Of a stretch of DNA of 64,000 bases, positions 1 to 9,300 are shown piece by piece. Numbering within the stretch: the stretch's first letter is position 1; each line of letters opens with the position of its first letter. Made by a program: the position numbers and the translations under genes. The DNA is from Eubacteriales bacterium (GTDB lineage Bacteria > Bacillota > Clostridia > Oscillospirales > CAG-382), in NCBI GenBank assembly GCA_045612545.1, contig JAZKZH010000005.1, forward strand, positions 7,124-71,123, written 5' to 3'. The notes under the pieces are model-generated. The model worked only from the letters and a program-made list of their open reading frames with translations, did not search any database and had not been told where the DNA came from.

Positions 1-205
1 GTCATCAAAAACTGCTCGTGTCCCAAGGCATCCTCCAAGTACAGAAGCTCTTTTTCGCTCATAAAGTGTCCTCCTTTGAAAATTTTACAAAAACCTCTTT
101 ACATCCCACCGGGATTTATGGTAAACTAAGGATATAAAGTGTCTTGTTGTTATCTTTGCCTTCTTTTGGGAAGGATATTCAAGAAGCGAGAAAGGAACGT
201 GGGAT

Positions 206-841
206 ATGAGCGGATATGAGATCGGTTGCGTAGCCGTGGGTGATCTCAGCACCAACTGCTACGTGGTAAAAGACAAAGAGACGGGGGATGCCTGCGTCAT
301 TGATCCGGGGGATAATCTGACCTTGATACAGGATCTTCTCCACCGCATGGAGGCCAAATGTCGGCTCATTCTGTTGACCCACGGTCATTTTGACCATATT
401 TTGGCAGTGGGCAATGTGCGCAGTGATCGTGCTCCCGTTTGCATCCACCAAGAGGATGCCCATATGCTGACCCAGCGGGATATGTTTTCCCCCATGATCC
501 CCCACGATCCCCGCCCTCTCGACCCTGCGGACTTTGTTTTTGACAGAGAAGCGAGCTACACCGTGAACGGCTTTACCTTCTACGTGATCCCCACCCCCGG
601 CCACACCAAGGGGAGCGTTTGCTATCTTTTTGAGGACAACCTGTTCACCGGGGACACTCTGTTCAAGGGGTGCATTGGCACGCTGAATTTTGGCGGCAAC
701 GCCGCAGATATGAAATCTTCCCTGCGGTTGCTTTGCAATCTTCCGGGAGATTACACCGTATACCCCGGTCACGACGAAAAGACCACCCTTTCCGACGAGA
801 TCGCTCACAATCCCTTCCTGCAGGAGTTCAAAAGAAAATGA
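206..841 (+). CDS. MBL-fold metallo-hydrolase (glyoxalase II-like)
   Basis: 211-aa ORF with the HxHxDH motif (THGHFDH) and downstream GHTKGS/PGHD motifs typical of metallo-beta-lactamase-fold hydrolases. Confidence 0.85.
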   Translation: MSGYEIGCVAVGDLSTNCYVVKDKETGDACVIDPGDNLTLIQDLLHRMEAKCRLILLTHGHFDHILAVGNVRSDRAPVCIHQEDAHMLTQRDMFSPMIPHDPRPLDPADFVFDREASYTVNGFTFYVIPTPGHTKGSVCYLFEDNLFTGDTLFKGCIGTLNFGGNAADMKSSLRLLCNLPGDYTVYPGHDEKTTLSDEIAHNPFLQEFKRK

Positions 842-1341
842 AAAAATTACTTTCTGCCGTCGTACTTGCCGTTTTCGCACTGTTGCTGTTGTGCGGGTGC
901 GCACCCTCCGCCATCAACGAGGGAGAAACCTATTTAAGCGGCGCTTGGTATTTTTCCGATGAGACCATCGGGCTGAACGTGGGATACAACTTCTTCCCCG
1001 ACGGCGGCGGATATCAGTTCATCGGCAGCACGGTGAACCCCATCCGCTACGGTATTTACGAAGGAAATATTTACATTGCCGTGGGAGACGGCAGGACTGA
1101 CGTATTCCCTTTTGAAAGAACGGGCGATAGCATTGTCATCGGCGGTCTGGAATACCTCTACGCTGAGGAAGACCAAGACACCGCGCAATCCATTGCAGAC
1201 ACGGTTTCCAAAGAAGAATCTGCCCAGGCAGAAGCTCCCACCGGGGGCGTGACCTTCTATATTTTAGCCTGCATCGCCTTTGGCCTGGTGATCCTCGCCG
1301 TGGTTTGGGTGGTACGCACCTTCCGTAAGAAGGCACAATAG
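838..1341 (+). CDS. hypothetical lipoprotein with C-terminal TM anchor
   Basis: Internal ATG at 838 gives MKKLLSAVVLAVFALLLLCGC (signal peptide plus lipobox Cys). ATGA overlap with the upstream stop. Hydrophobic C-terminal helix followed by RTFRKK. Confidence 0.6.
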   Translation: MKKLLSAVVLAVFALLLLCGCAPSAINEGETYLSGAWYFSDETIGLNVGYNFFPDGGGYQFIGSTVNPIRYGIYEGNIYIAVGDGRTDVFPFERTGDSIVIGGLEYLYAEEDQDTAQSIADTVSKEESAQAEAPTGGVTFYILACIAFGLVILAVVWVVRTFRKKAQ

Positions 1342-1352
1342 TTTCCGAAGGG

Positions 1353-2765
1353 ATGATCCAATTGAAAAAGCTTTTATCCATATCCCTGCTGAGCGCTCTG
1401 CTGCTGGCGGGGTGCTCCGCACACCAACACGAATATAACGCCACCGTCATCCAGCCCACCTGCACGGAAATGGGCTACACTGTCCACACCTGCTCCTGCG
1501 GAGACGTGTATTTTTCCAATTACCGCACCACCGCCACCCACAGCTACGGTGAATGGATCACAGGGGTCGCCGCTACCCTCACCCACGGTGGTGAGGAATA
1601 CCGCATTTGCAAGTCCTGCGGCGCTCTGCAAACCCACGACACGGGGAATCTCTCCGCATTGCCCAAGGTATACCTTTCCTCCGACGGAAGCGTTTTCTTC
1701 TCTCAGGGGGATCTGTATTTCACCTGCGAAAGCAATGCCCGTATCGAGGAGGGCAAATCGGAGATCCAACTTCTGTTCACCAAAAACGGAGGGCTGTTCC
1801 CGGTGGATCTGGGCTGGGGAGAGCAAAGCGCATACCGTCTTGACCCCTGCACACCCGATCTGACCTACGCCCGTGCCGCCGCCGCGGAAGCACTTGCGAA
1901 TTTCTGTAAAAGCGTGCGAGACAGTGCGGGAGACACGCCGTCATGGTACCCCGCATTGACGGGAGGCGGCTTCCTTGTGCAGGTATACCACGATGAAGCT
2001 TATATGGGGCTTTACCGCCTGACACCCCCTGCGGGAGATTGGGCATACGCCTCCGCAAACACGCAGAACAGCCTCACCGCAGTATTCTACGGCGGATTGA
2101 ACACCGAGGAATGTCTGTTTACCACCAACCTTTTGTTTGATGCAGAAGGCTTTACCCTGCAATACTGCTCCACCGAGGACAGCAAGTGGGCCAAGGACAG
2201 CTTTGAAAGCTTTGCGGATTTCCTGCGGCTTTCCTCCGAAGACGGCTTTAAGGAAGGCTTGGAAGCATACACCGATCTCACCGTATTGATGGATCACTTC
2301 TTAATGGCCACCTTGTTTGGCTCGGGAGAAGGGGACACCGCAGGCACCCTTTGGACCACGGTGGACGGCGTGCATTGGCTCCCCTCCTTCGCACACCTGC
2401 ATACCGCATACGGCTTGAACGCAGACGGCGTACAGACCAAGGGAGATCCGGGGCTTTCCCCTCTCGGTGAGGACGGAAGCATTGTCTATCAAGGGGAAAA
2501 CCTTTTGTGGAAGCGGCTTTGCCAATCCTTTGGCGAAGAGCTGAAGACGCGTTACACCCAGCTGAGAGCCACGCTGTTGCTCTCCCCCGATCTGCTTTAC
2601 CAAAGCTTCTTACAGCAAGGCTCCGCTCCGGAGCAGGAGCTTTTGGAGCTGGAAAAAGAGCTGTTGCCCGCCCTTGCTCCCAATGCGGTGCAGGCGGAAA
2701 CGATCAAGAAATATATAGAAGACCGTCTTTACGCCATGGATAGCTGGCTGGGAATCGTCGGATAA
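1353..2765 (+). CDS. secreted lipoprotein, N-terminal Cys-rich motifs, possibly CotH-like C-terminal domain
   Basis: 470-aa ORF. Signal peptide plus LAGC lipobox. H-x-Y...C-x-x-C...C-x-C-G motifs as in the 58868 protein. The CotH-like assignment is only a weak resemblance. Confidence 0.6.
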   Translation: MIQLKKLLSISLLSALLLAGCSAHQHEYNATVIQPTCTEMGYTVHTCSCGDVYFSNYRTTATHSYGEWITGVAATLTHGGEEYRICKSCGALQTHDTGNLSALPKVYLSSDGSVFFSQGDLYFTCESNARIEEGKSEIQLLFTKNGGLFPVDLGWGEQSAYRLDPCTPDLTYARAAAAEALANFCKSVRDSAGDTPSWYPALTGGGFLVQVYHDEAYMGLYRLTPPAGDWAYASANTQNSLTAVFYGGLNTEECLFTTNLLFDAEGFTLQYCSTEDSKWAKDSFESFADFLRLSSEDGFKEGLEAYTDLTVLMDHFLMATLFGSGEGDTAGTLWTTVDGVHWLPSFAHLHTAYGLNADGVQTKGDPGLSPLGEDGSIVYQGENLLWKRLCQSFGEELKTRYTQLRATLLLSPDLLYQSFLQQGSAPEQELLELEKELLPALAPNAVQAETIKKYIEDRLYAMDSWLGIVG

Positions 2766-2797
2766 CAAAAAAGTGATAGAAAAACCATAAAAACCTA

Positions 2798-2826
2798 TTG
2801 ACAAACAAAAAAAATCGTGCTATAAT
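2798..2826 (+). promoter_or_regulatory. sigma-A type promoter (TTGACA-17-TATAAT)
   Basis: Perfect consensus -35 (2798-2803) and -10 (2821-2826) with a 17-nt spacer, upstream of the leader at 2845-3088. Confidence 0.6.
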
Positions 2827-2844
2827 TGCCGCAACTTCATAAAA

Positions 2845-3088
2845 GCTGTGACGAGGACAAGGGCATTTGCTTTTTCGGTTTTCAGAGACCTGCCGGTTGG
2901 TGCGAGGCAGGAGCCGCAGGAATTGCTTATCACCTCCGAGCCGCGGGGCCGAGCCCTTTTGGGTCAGGTCTCGACGGAGCTTCCGCCGTATAAAGGGAAA
3001 AACGTTGGTTGACGTGTCAAATGAGTGGTTGTAAAGTACCTTTGGTTTCAAAGACTTTATCTCGTTGCAGATAAAGTCTTTCTTTTTT
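2845..3088 (+). promoter_or_regulatory. T-box-like transcription-attenuation leader
   Basis: K-turn-like GCUGUGACGAGG/CCUCCGAGC base. AG bulge AGAGA (2884-2888). Hairpin CCUGCC/GGCAGG with distal loop GGUUGGUGCGA. Candidate specifier AUC-A (2929-2932). UGGU-containing bulge (3026-3030) inside a possible antiterminator that competes with the terminator at 3050-3088. Confidence 0.55.
3050..3088 (+). terminator. intrinsic terminator of the leader
   Basis: 13-bp perfect stem AAAGACTTTATCT/AGATAAAGTCTTT, 6-nt loop, then CTTTTTT. Confidence 0.75.
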
Positions 3089-3152
3089 CCTCTCGGAGAC
3101 GGCGCCAAGCAAGGAAACCGCAACTCACCAAAACAAAGGAAGGTAACGAAAC

Positions 3153-5459
3153 ATGGAGCAGCAAACCAAACTCATCGCCGAACGTCTGAAATGGGCCCGT
3201 ATCAATGCCGACGTCTCCCCCGAGACCTTGGCCTCCGCCTGCGGTGTTACCGTTGAGGAATACTTGGAGCTGGAAAAGGGCGAAAAGGACTTCTACTTTA
3301 ACTTCTTGTACAACTGCGCTTTGACCTTGCAGATGGATCTTTCGGAGCTGGTCTCCGGTACAGACCCCAAGCTGGGCTTCTTCACCCTCACCCGTGCGGG
3401 AGGCGGTATGCCCATCCGCAAGGGAGACGGCTTCCACTACCGCCACGTGGCGCCCTTCTTGAAGCACCGTCTTTCCGAGCCCTTTGTGGTCACCGCGGTG
3501 TACGATGCCGCCAAGGAAAGCGCTCCCATCGAGCTGGCTACCCACCCCGGTCAAGAATTTGACATGGTGCTGGAGGGACAGCTGAAGATCCAGCTGGACG
3601 ACCACGTATTCATCCTCAACGAAGGCGACAGCATCTTCTATGAATCCGAGCACGCCCACGGTATGGTTGCCTTGGGTGGCAAGGACTGTAAGTTCTTGGC
3701 CATCGTTCACAAGGAAGAAGGCACTCCCGAGAACCAGCCCGTTCTCCAGGAGACTCCCTTCCTGCCCCCCGTGGTAGACTCCTTCTCCGATCCCGTGGCT
3801 TACAACAAGCGTTACGAGAACTGCGTCTACAAGCGTTTTGTTACCGAAGACATCGATGAAAACGGCAGGCTGAAGAATATCAGCTTCAATCCGCCGGAAA
3901 ACTTTAACTTTGCTTATGACGTCATGGACGCTCTGGCAGAGAAATCTCCCAACAAGCGCGCTTTGGTTTGGGTGGATGACGATCTTACCCGCAGAGACTT
4001 CACCTACAAGGAATTGCAGGACGAGGTCAACCGTACCGCCAATTATTTCGCCTCCTTGGGCATCGTCAAGGGCGACCGTGTGATGCTGGTGCTGAAGCGC
4101 CACTATCAGTTCTGGTTCTCCATCCTGGCTCTTCATAAGCTGGGTGCCGTTGCCATCCCCGCCACCAATCAGCTGGTGGAAAAGGATTTTGTCTACCGCT
4201 TTGATGCGGCAGGTGTCACCGCCATCTGCTGTACCGCAGACGGCAAGGTGGCAGAAGAGGCAGAAAAGGCGGCAGCCAAGTGCGAGACCGTGAAGACCTT
4301 GATCATGGTCAACGGCTCCAGAGAGGGCTGGCACGATTACGACACCGAGGTGCGCCGCTTCTCCAAGCGTTTCGACAGAGTGGATACCAAGCTGGAAGAG
4401 CCCATGATCATGCTGTTCACCTCCGGCACCACCGGGTATCCCCGCATCGCAACCCACGATCACGGCTACGCCTTGGGTCATCTCATCACCGCCCGCTGGT
4501 GGCATTGCGTGGATCCCGAGGGTCTGCACTTCACCGCTTCGGATACCGGCTGGGGCAAGGCGCTGTGGGGCAAGCTCTACGGCTGTTGGTTCTGCGAATG
4601 CGCCGTGTTCGTTTACAACTACGAGCGGTTTGACCCGGAGAAGATGCTTCCTCTGTTTGCAAAGTGCGGCGTGACCACCTTCTGCGCACCGCCTACCATC
4701 TACCGCTTCCTGATCAAGTGCGATCTTTCCAAATACGATCTTTCCACCATTCGCTACGCCTGCACCGCAGGTGAAGCCTTGAACCCCGAGGTATGGAACA
4801 AGTTCCGCGAGGCCACGGGCTTGAAGATCATGGAGGCCTTCGGTCAGACGGAGACCACCCTGACCATCGGCAACCTCTACGGCGAAACGCCTCGTCCCGG
4901 CTCTATGGGCGTTCCCTCCCCCGCTTATGCGGTGGATGTTGTTCGGGAGGACGGTACTCCCTGCTCCGTGGGTGAGGTGGGTGAGATCTGTGTGCGACTG
5001 AAAAACGGACAGAGGCCCTACGGTCTGTTTATGGGCTATTACAGAGACGAGGAAAAGACCTACGCCGCCATGCATGACGGTCTGTATCATACCGGCGACA
5101 CCGCATGGAAGGACGAGGACGGCTTCTACTGGTATGTGGGCAGAACCGATGACCTCATCAAGTCCTCCGGCTACCGCATAGGTCCCTTTGAGATCGAAAG
5201 CGTGCTGATGGAGCTTCCCTACGTTTTGGAGTGTGCCGTTACCGGCGTACCCGACCCCGTTCGCGGCCAGGTGGTAAAGGCAACCATCGTCCTGACCGCC
5301 GGCACAGAGGGCAACGAAGCGTTGGTGAAGGAGATCCAATCCTACGTGAAATCCCACACGGCTCCCTATAAATATCCCAGAGTGGTGGAATTCGTGACAG
5401 AACTGCCCAAAACCATCTCCGGCAAGATTCGCCGCGTGGAGCTGAAAAAGCAGTCATGA
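3153..5459 (+). CDS. XRE HTH - cupin - AMP-forming acyl-CoA synthetase fusion protein
   Basis: 768 aa. N-terminal HTH_XRE-like segment. Cupin segment (HPGQEFDMVLEG...HAHG). Then a full adenylate-forming domain (TSGTTGYP, GYYRD, GRTDD, PKTISGKIRR). Confidence 0.85.
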   Translation: MEQQTKLIAERLKWARINADVSPETLASACGVTVEEYLELEKGEKDFYFNFLYNCALTLQMDLSELVSGTDPKLGFFTLTRAGGGMPIRKGDGFHYRHVAPFLKHRLSEPFVVTAVYDAAKESAPIELATHPGQEFDMVLEGQLKIQLDDHVFILNEGDSIFYESEHAHGMVALGGKDCKFLAIVHKEEGTPENQPVLQETPFLPPVVDSFSDPVAYNKRYENCVYKRFVTEDIDENGRLKNISFNPPENFNFAYDVMDALAEKSPNKRALVWVDDDLTRRDFTYKELQDEVNRTANYFASLGIVKGDRVMLVLKRHYQFWFSILALHKLGAVAIPATNQLVEKDFVYRFDAAGVTAICCTADGKVAEEAEKAAAKCETVKTLIMVNGSREGWHDYDTEVRRFSKRFDRVDTKLEEPMIMLFTSGTTGYPRIATHDHGYALGHLITARWWHCVDPEGLHFTASDTGWGKALWGKLYGCWFCECAVFVYNYERFDPEKMLPLFAKCGVTTFCAPPTIYRFLIKCDLSKYDLSTIRYACTAGEALNPEVWNKFREATGLKIMEAFGQTETTLTIGNLYGETPRPGSMGVPSPAYAVDVVREDGTPCSVGEVGEICVRLKNGQRPYGLFMGYYRDEEKTYAAMHDGLYHTGDTAWKDEDGFYWYVGRTDDLIKSSGYRIGPFEIESVLMELPYVLECAVTGVPDPVRGQVVKATIVLTAGTEGNEALVKEIQSYVKSHTAPYKYPRVVEFVTELPKTISGKIRRVELKKQS

Positions 5460-5555
5460 TGATTTTCCGTCAAATCCGACAATTTTTTTGTACTGGTTTC
5501 TACAAATTAAGGGTTGACATCCCGCAGGAAATATGGTAACATATAGGAAACCATC

Positions 5556-6089
5556 ATGAGGAGTTATTTTGCCATGAAGAATAATAACGTCGTTGCCGAG
5601 GAGGCAAAGGAAGTCAAAACGGTTGTTCTTCCCGAAGAAGAAGCCACCAAGAAGCCCAAGGCAGAAAAAAAGCCCCAGGCTGTGAAGAAGCCTAAGGTAG
5701 AAAAGGATAAAAAAGAACTCCACAGCGTTTTGTTCACCGCGGCATGGATCGTTGCCGCAGTCGCATTGCTGTTTGCACTGCTGGGTCAGAACGCTATGAA
5801 CACCAAGGACGGCTACGCCACCTTGAGCTACCATTGGTTTGAGGACGTATTCAACAGAAAGACCGGTATCACCACCACCGAATGGACCGAGCAGGAATTT
5901 GTGATCCCCTATTTGACCACCGCATTCTACGCTTTGGTGGCCTTGGGTCTGGGTCTGGTCAGCACCGGCATGGGCATTGCCAGCAACATCCTCAAGAAGG
6001 ATAGCAAGCTTTTGGCATATCTCCCCGGCGTCGTAACCTCCGTTCTGGCTATGATGTGCTTCCTTTCCACGGTATTTACAAACAAGTAA
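5556..6089 (+). CDS. hypothetical membrane protein with Lys/Glu-rich N-terminus
   Basis: 177-aa ORF; the start may instead be the ATG at 5574. About 4 predicted TM helices. Promoter-like TTGACA...TAACAT upstream and a terminator downstream. Confidence 0.5.
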   Translation: MRSYFAMKNNNVVAEEAKEVKTVVLPEEEATKKPKAEKKPQAVKKPKVEKDKKELHSVLFTAAWIVAAVALLFALLGQNAMNTKDGYATLSYHWFEDVFNRKTGITTTEWTEQEFVIPYLTTAFYALVALGLGLVSTGMGIASNILKKDSKLLAYLPGVVTSVLAMMCFLSTVFTNK

Positions 6090-6096
6090 AGTGCAT

Positions 6097-6132
6097 GAAA
6101 AAAGCGACCTGCTTTCGGCAGGTCGCTTTTTT
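6097..6132 (+). terminator. intrinsic terminator
   Basis: GCGACCTGC/GCAGGTCGC stem flanked by an A-tract and a T-tract. Confidence 0.75.
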
Positions 6133-6332
6133 GCGCTTATTTGGGGGGAACGGCGGGATGTCTTACGCCCGCCGGGCTAAAACTATGCCCTACGGATAAG
6201 CCAAAATTTGATACGCAGTAAACAAACAGATAACCCCGACAGATTTTAATAGTCTATCGGGGTTCGCTTATACTGTTCGATAAATTGGAATTTGAACATA
6301 TATCCATTTTAGGATATTCACCTTATAGTTAA

Positions 6333-6752
6333 TTATTGGACAAAGAATTTTTCTCCGTCTTTAACTTTTACATATCGGAAATTACCAGAACCATTATCCA
6401 ATCCTTTATCCACAAAAATCAAGGTATCTTTCTCCACCGAGAAGCTGTATGAATTTATGACTTCCTCCAATCCATTCGCTTCACTAAATCGAGAAGTCTT
6501 TTCAAATAATGTGAGCATTCCATCCGAATAAGACCATTCTCCCATACCAATATGGCTACTTAATAAGCCTTCGTAATAGTTAAATGTCCCATCTGCTTTG
6601 ATTTCGATTGTAAAGTCGCTACCACAACCATCTTTTTCATAAACATAAACTTTATCTACAATATCGTCTTTGGTTATCTCTTTTGGATTAGAACATCCCA
6701 TTACTCCGAAAGCAATCGTTAGAGCCAATATAATAGCAAGTACTTTTTTCAT
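6333..6752 (-). CDS. hypothetical lipoprotein (AT-rich islet)
   Basis: 139 aa. MKKVLAIILALTIAFGVMGC lipobox. GGAGG RBS. Visibly AT-rich codon usage compared with neighbours. Confidence 0.65.
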   Translation of the reverse strand: MKKVLAIILALTIAFGVMGCSNPKEITKDDIVDKVYVYEKDGCGSDFTIEIKADGTFNYYEGLLSSHIGMGEWSYSDGMLTLFEKTSRFSEANGLEEVINSYSFSVEKDTLIFVDKGLDNGSGNFRYVKVKDGEKFFVQ

Positions 6753-7030
6753 GTTAATACCTCCTCGTCAAATTCTTATTTATCGTTCTGTTTTATCGCA
6801 AGTTTCACATTTGTATTGCAAACGCGTCGGGCAAAGCCCATACTCCTAAAGATAAACGAGCGCGTCCATAGGCTCCTTCCGTCACGCTACGCGTGCCGCC
6901 TTCCTCCCGGAGGAAGGTTTTTAGTTAACCCCATTATAACACAAATCGGCAGAGAAAACAAGTCCTCTGCCGAAATTTTGCGCCCGGCGATTCTCCGCTA
7001 AGAATGCAGAGAGAACGCTCGGCTTTTTTC

Positions 7031-7747
7031 TTAAATCTCTTCGATATGGTTTACGTATTCCAAGCTACCCAAAGCAGAGATGATCTCCTTGTGGGTCTTG
7101 TACCTTCTAAGCTCCTTGCCGGTGATGGTCAGAGACAGCGAATACACCGCAAGCCCGGAATTCAAATATGCGGTATTGGCCTCAATCTCATCGATGGTCA
7201 TCCCCAGTTCGCGGATGATGGCAACGAAGTTTTGCAGGTGCGCCACGTTTTTCAGCTCCAAATGTACCTCAAAGTGGTTGGAACGGTTTTTGAGATACCC
7301 CTCCACGTGTGGAAACAGCGACAGGCTGCAAAGCAAGGCCACAAAGGCAACCAGCGTGACGGTATAAAGCCCTGCGCCGATGGACAGCCCCAAAATCCCC
7401 GATGCCCAAAGTCCCACGGAGGTGGTAAGCCCCTTGATCTGGTTACGGGAGGTAAACAGCACGGAGTTCACAGTGATGATAGCGATGCCCACCACCGAGG
7501 CGGCAGAGAGAAGGAACAGATTGCTCTCGGCGTTTCTGCCCAAATACTGATCCATCAAAACAGCCACGGTGCTGGCCAAGGACACCAGCATAAAGGTACG
7601 AAGTCCTGCGGCGTGTCGCTTGCTGGAACGCTCCCAGCCAATGAGCATCCCCATAACCACGGACACTGCCACCCGCAGCAAAACGGAATAAAGATTGATC
7701 TCCGTGGACCAAGCCCCCAAGAGATGTGCAATAGGATCTAAAATCAT
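7031..7747 (-). CDS. MgtC/SapB family membrane protein
   Basis: 238 aa. N-terminal MgtC-type TM domain (LLRVAVSVVMGMLIGWER) plus a C-terminal ACT-like soluble domain. Confidence 0.8.
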   Translation of the reverse strand: MILDPIAHLLGAWSTEINLYSVLLRVAVSVVMGMLIGWERSSKRHAAGLRTFMLVSLASTVAVLMDQYLGRNAESNLFLLSAASVVGIAIITVNSVLFTSRNQIKGLTTSVGLWASGILGLSIGAGLYTVTLVAFVALLCSLSLFPHVEGYLKNRSNHFEVHLELKNVAHLQNFVAIIRELGMTIDEIEANTAYLNSGLAVYSLSLTITGKELRRYKTHKEIISALGSLEYVNHIEEI

Positions 7748-7766
7748 AAACGATTCCTCCTTTTTT

Positions 7767-9206
7767 TCAGCGGCGTCTGCCGAAGTTTCTGCGGCGAAGG
7801 CGATAAGCCTCCCAATGCTCCTCGGCGGCTTCCGTAAAGGCCTGCTCCTCCTCGTGGGGAGGGGGCAGGGTTTCTTGAATTTTGCGAATGCGGCGAACGA
7901 GAAGCTCTGCCTCGGAAAGGGACTCCCCTTGGGTCAGCTCCTCTGCAGGAACAAGATCCTCTAACTTTTCGGAGTAAGCGCCGGAAAGATACAAAGCAAG
8001 CTTTGCCAAGGCAGGCCCTACCAGCTCATAAAGAAGTCCCGCCGCCAATATGACGGTATGTAGAGCACTGCCCACCTCCCCGCCGATGGTTCTTGCACCG
8101 ATGGCGGCAAGGCCGATGGCCACTCCCGCTTGGGGGATCAGGGCGAGGCCTAAATAGCTGCGGATCTTTTTCGGGGTCTTCACCATTTGACAGCCCAAGA
8201 AAGCGCCCAGATACTTCCCTGCAATACGGACGGCGAAGTACACCACGCTCACCACCAAAAGGGACACAGCACCTGCCCCTGCAGCAGGAGCAAGCAACGC
8301 TCCCAGATCGAAGCGCAATCCGCTGCATACGAAGAAGATGAGCAGGATGGGCGGGCTGAAATAACCCAGCTGCTTGAACAGCTTTCCGTCATCGGTGGTA
8401 TTGATATACACCGTACCCATGGACATACACCCCAAAAGCGGCGAAATGTTCAGCACGGCACACACACCGCAGAAGGCCGCCAGCAGAGACACGGAAATGA
8501 TGAGACGGTTATCCGTAGACCGCTTGGTGGGCATGAGCCACTTCATCAAAAGTCCGAACAAGCCTCCCAACAGCAACGCTCCCAAGTTGGCCGCCAAGGG
8601 GAACAGCACGTCCCAAAGAGCAATGCTTCCACCGGGGGACAGCAGAGACAACGCCAAGGAAACCGCCACGCTGTACCCCACCAGACCGACGATATCATCC
8701 AAGGCCATGGTTTGCAGCAGAGTGTTTACAAACTCCCCCCTTGCCCCGGTTTGCCGAATGGTCACGGCGGTGGAGGTGGGGGCGGTCACTGCTGCCAAGG
8801 CGGCCAGCACCACGGAAAAGGCCAAGCCCAGCCCCAGCAGAAAATACAAAACAACAAACACCGAAACGGTGGCCAGGGTAGCCTCCATCAGAGCGATGAC
8901 CAGCACCTTCCCTCCGTTTTTCTTCAGCACGGAAAGGCGGAAAAACTCACCGATGGAAAACGCCACGAAGGACAACGCCACATCGGACAAAAAGTCCATG
9001 CCCTCCGCCACAGACGCAGGAATCAACGCCAGACAGTAAGGCCCCAGCAAGATCCCCGTAAGCAGATAGGCGGTAACGTTGGGCAGACGGCAAAGCTTGG
9101 TAAGCCTTGTCATGGCGAAGCCGCAAAATAAAATAGCGGAAATAGACACCACCACTCCCGCCGTGGGAGAAGCGGTATACAATCCTTCCGCAAAAGAAGA
9201 GAACAA
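7767..9206 (-). CDS. cation:proton antiporter (CPA2/Kef-like)
   Basis: Multi-TM ORF with LPNVTAYLLTGILLGP and a Na+/H+-exchanger-like topology. The ORF runs to 9320, but a TTG at 9206 with a GAAAGGGG RBS is the more plausible start. Start uncertain. Confidence 0.7.
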   Translation of the reverse strand: MFSSFAEGLYTASPTAGVVVSISAILFCGFAMTRLTKLCRLPNVTAYLLTGILLGPYCLALIPASVAEGMDFLSDVALSFVAFSIGEFFRLSVLKKNGGKVLVIALMEATLATVSVFVVLYFLLGLGLAFSVVLAALAAVTAPTSTAVTIRQTGARGEFVNTLLQTMALDDIVGLVGYSVAVSLALSLLSPGGSIALWDVLFPLAANLGALLLGGLFGLLMKWLMPTKRSTDNRLIISVSLLAAFCGVCAVLNISPLLGCMSMGTVYINTTDDGKLFKQLGYFSPPILLIFFVCSGLRFDLGALLAPAAGAGAVSLLVVSVVYFAVRIAGKYLGAFLGCQMVKTPKKIRSYLGLALIPQAGVAIGLAAIGARTIGGEVGSALHTVILAAGLLYELVGPALAKLALYLSGAYSEKLEDLVPAEELTQGESLSEAELLVRRIRKIQETLPPPHEEEQAFTEAAEEHWEAYRLRRRNFGRRR

Positions 9207-9300
9207 AGCGGAAGCACCCCTTTCTCTTTTTGAAAAGATTGATGGCAGGACACCCCAAAAAGGATGCCCCGCCACGTCATGCGATTTTTTTGGGTAGGAA

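Noticed and set aside
179-904. 241-aa minus-strand ORF overlapping the MBL hydrolase gene; similar antisense ORFs lie at 7004-7741, 8187-9131, 9400-10041, 19473-20570, 21297-22121, 25659-26549, 32237-33253, 36771-38216, 50484-51497, 53246-54124, 54834-55475 and 63070-63906
   Set aside because: All lie antisense to ORFs with clear family motifs. They show Arg/Gly/His/Gln-rich or otherwise non-protein-like composition.
3057-5357. 766-aa ORF on the minus strand, antisense to the acyl-CoA synthetase gene
   Set aside because: Composition is G/V/H/A/L-rich with no motifs. It fully overlaps a plus-strand ORF that has unmistakable adenylate-forming-enzyme motifs. This is a typical shadow ORF of GC-rich coding DNA.
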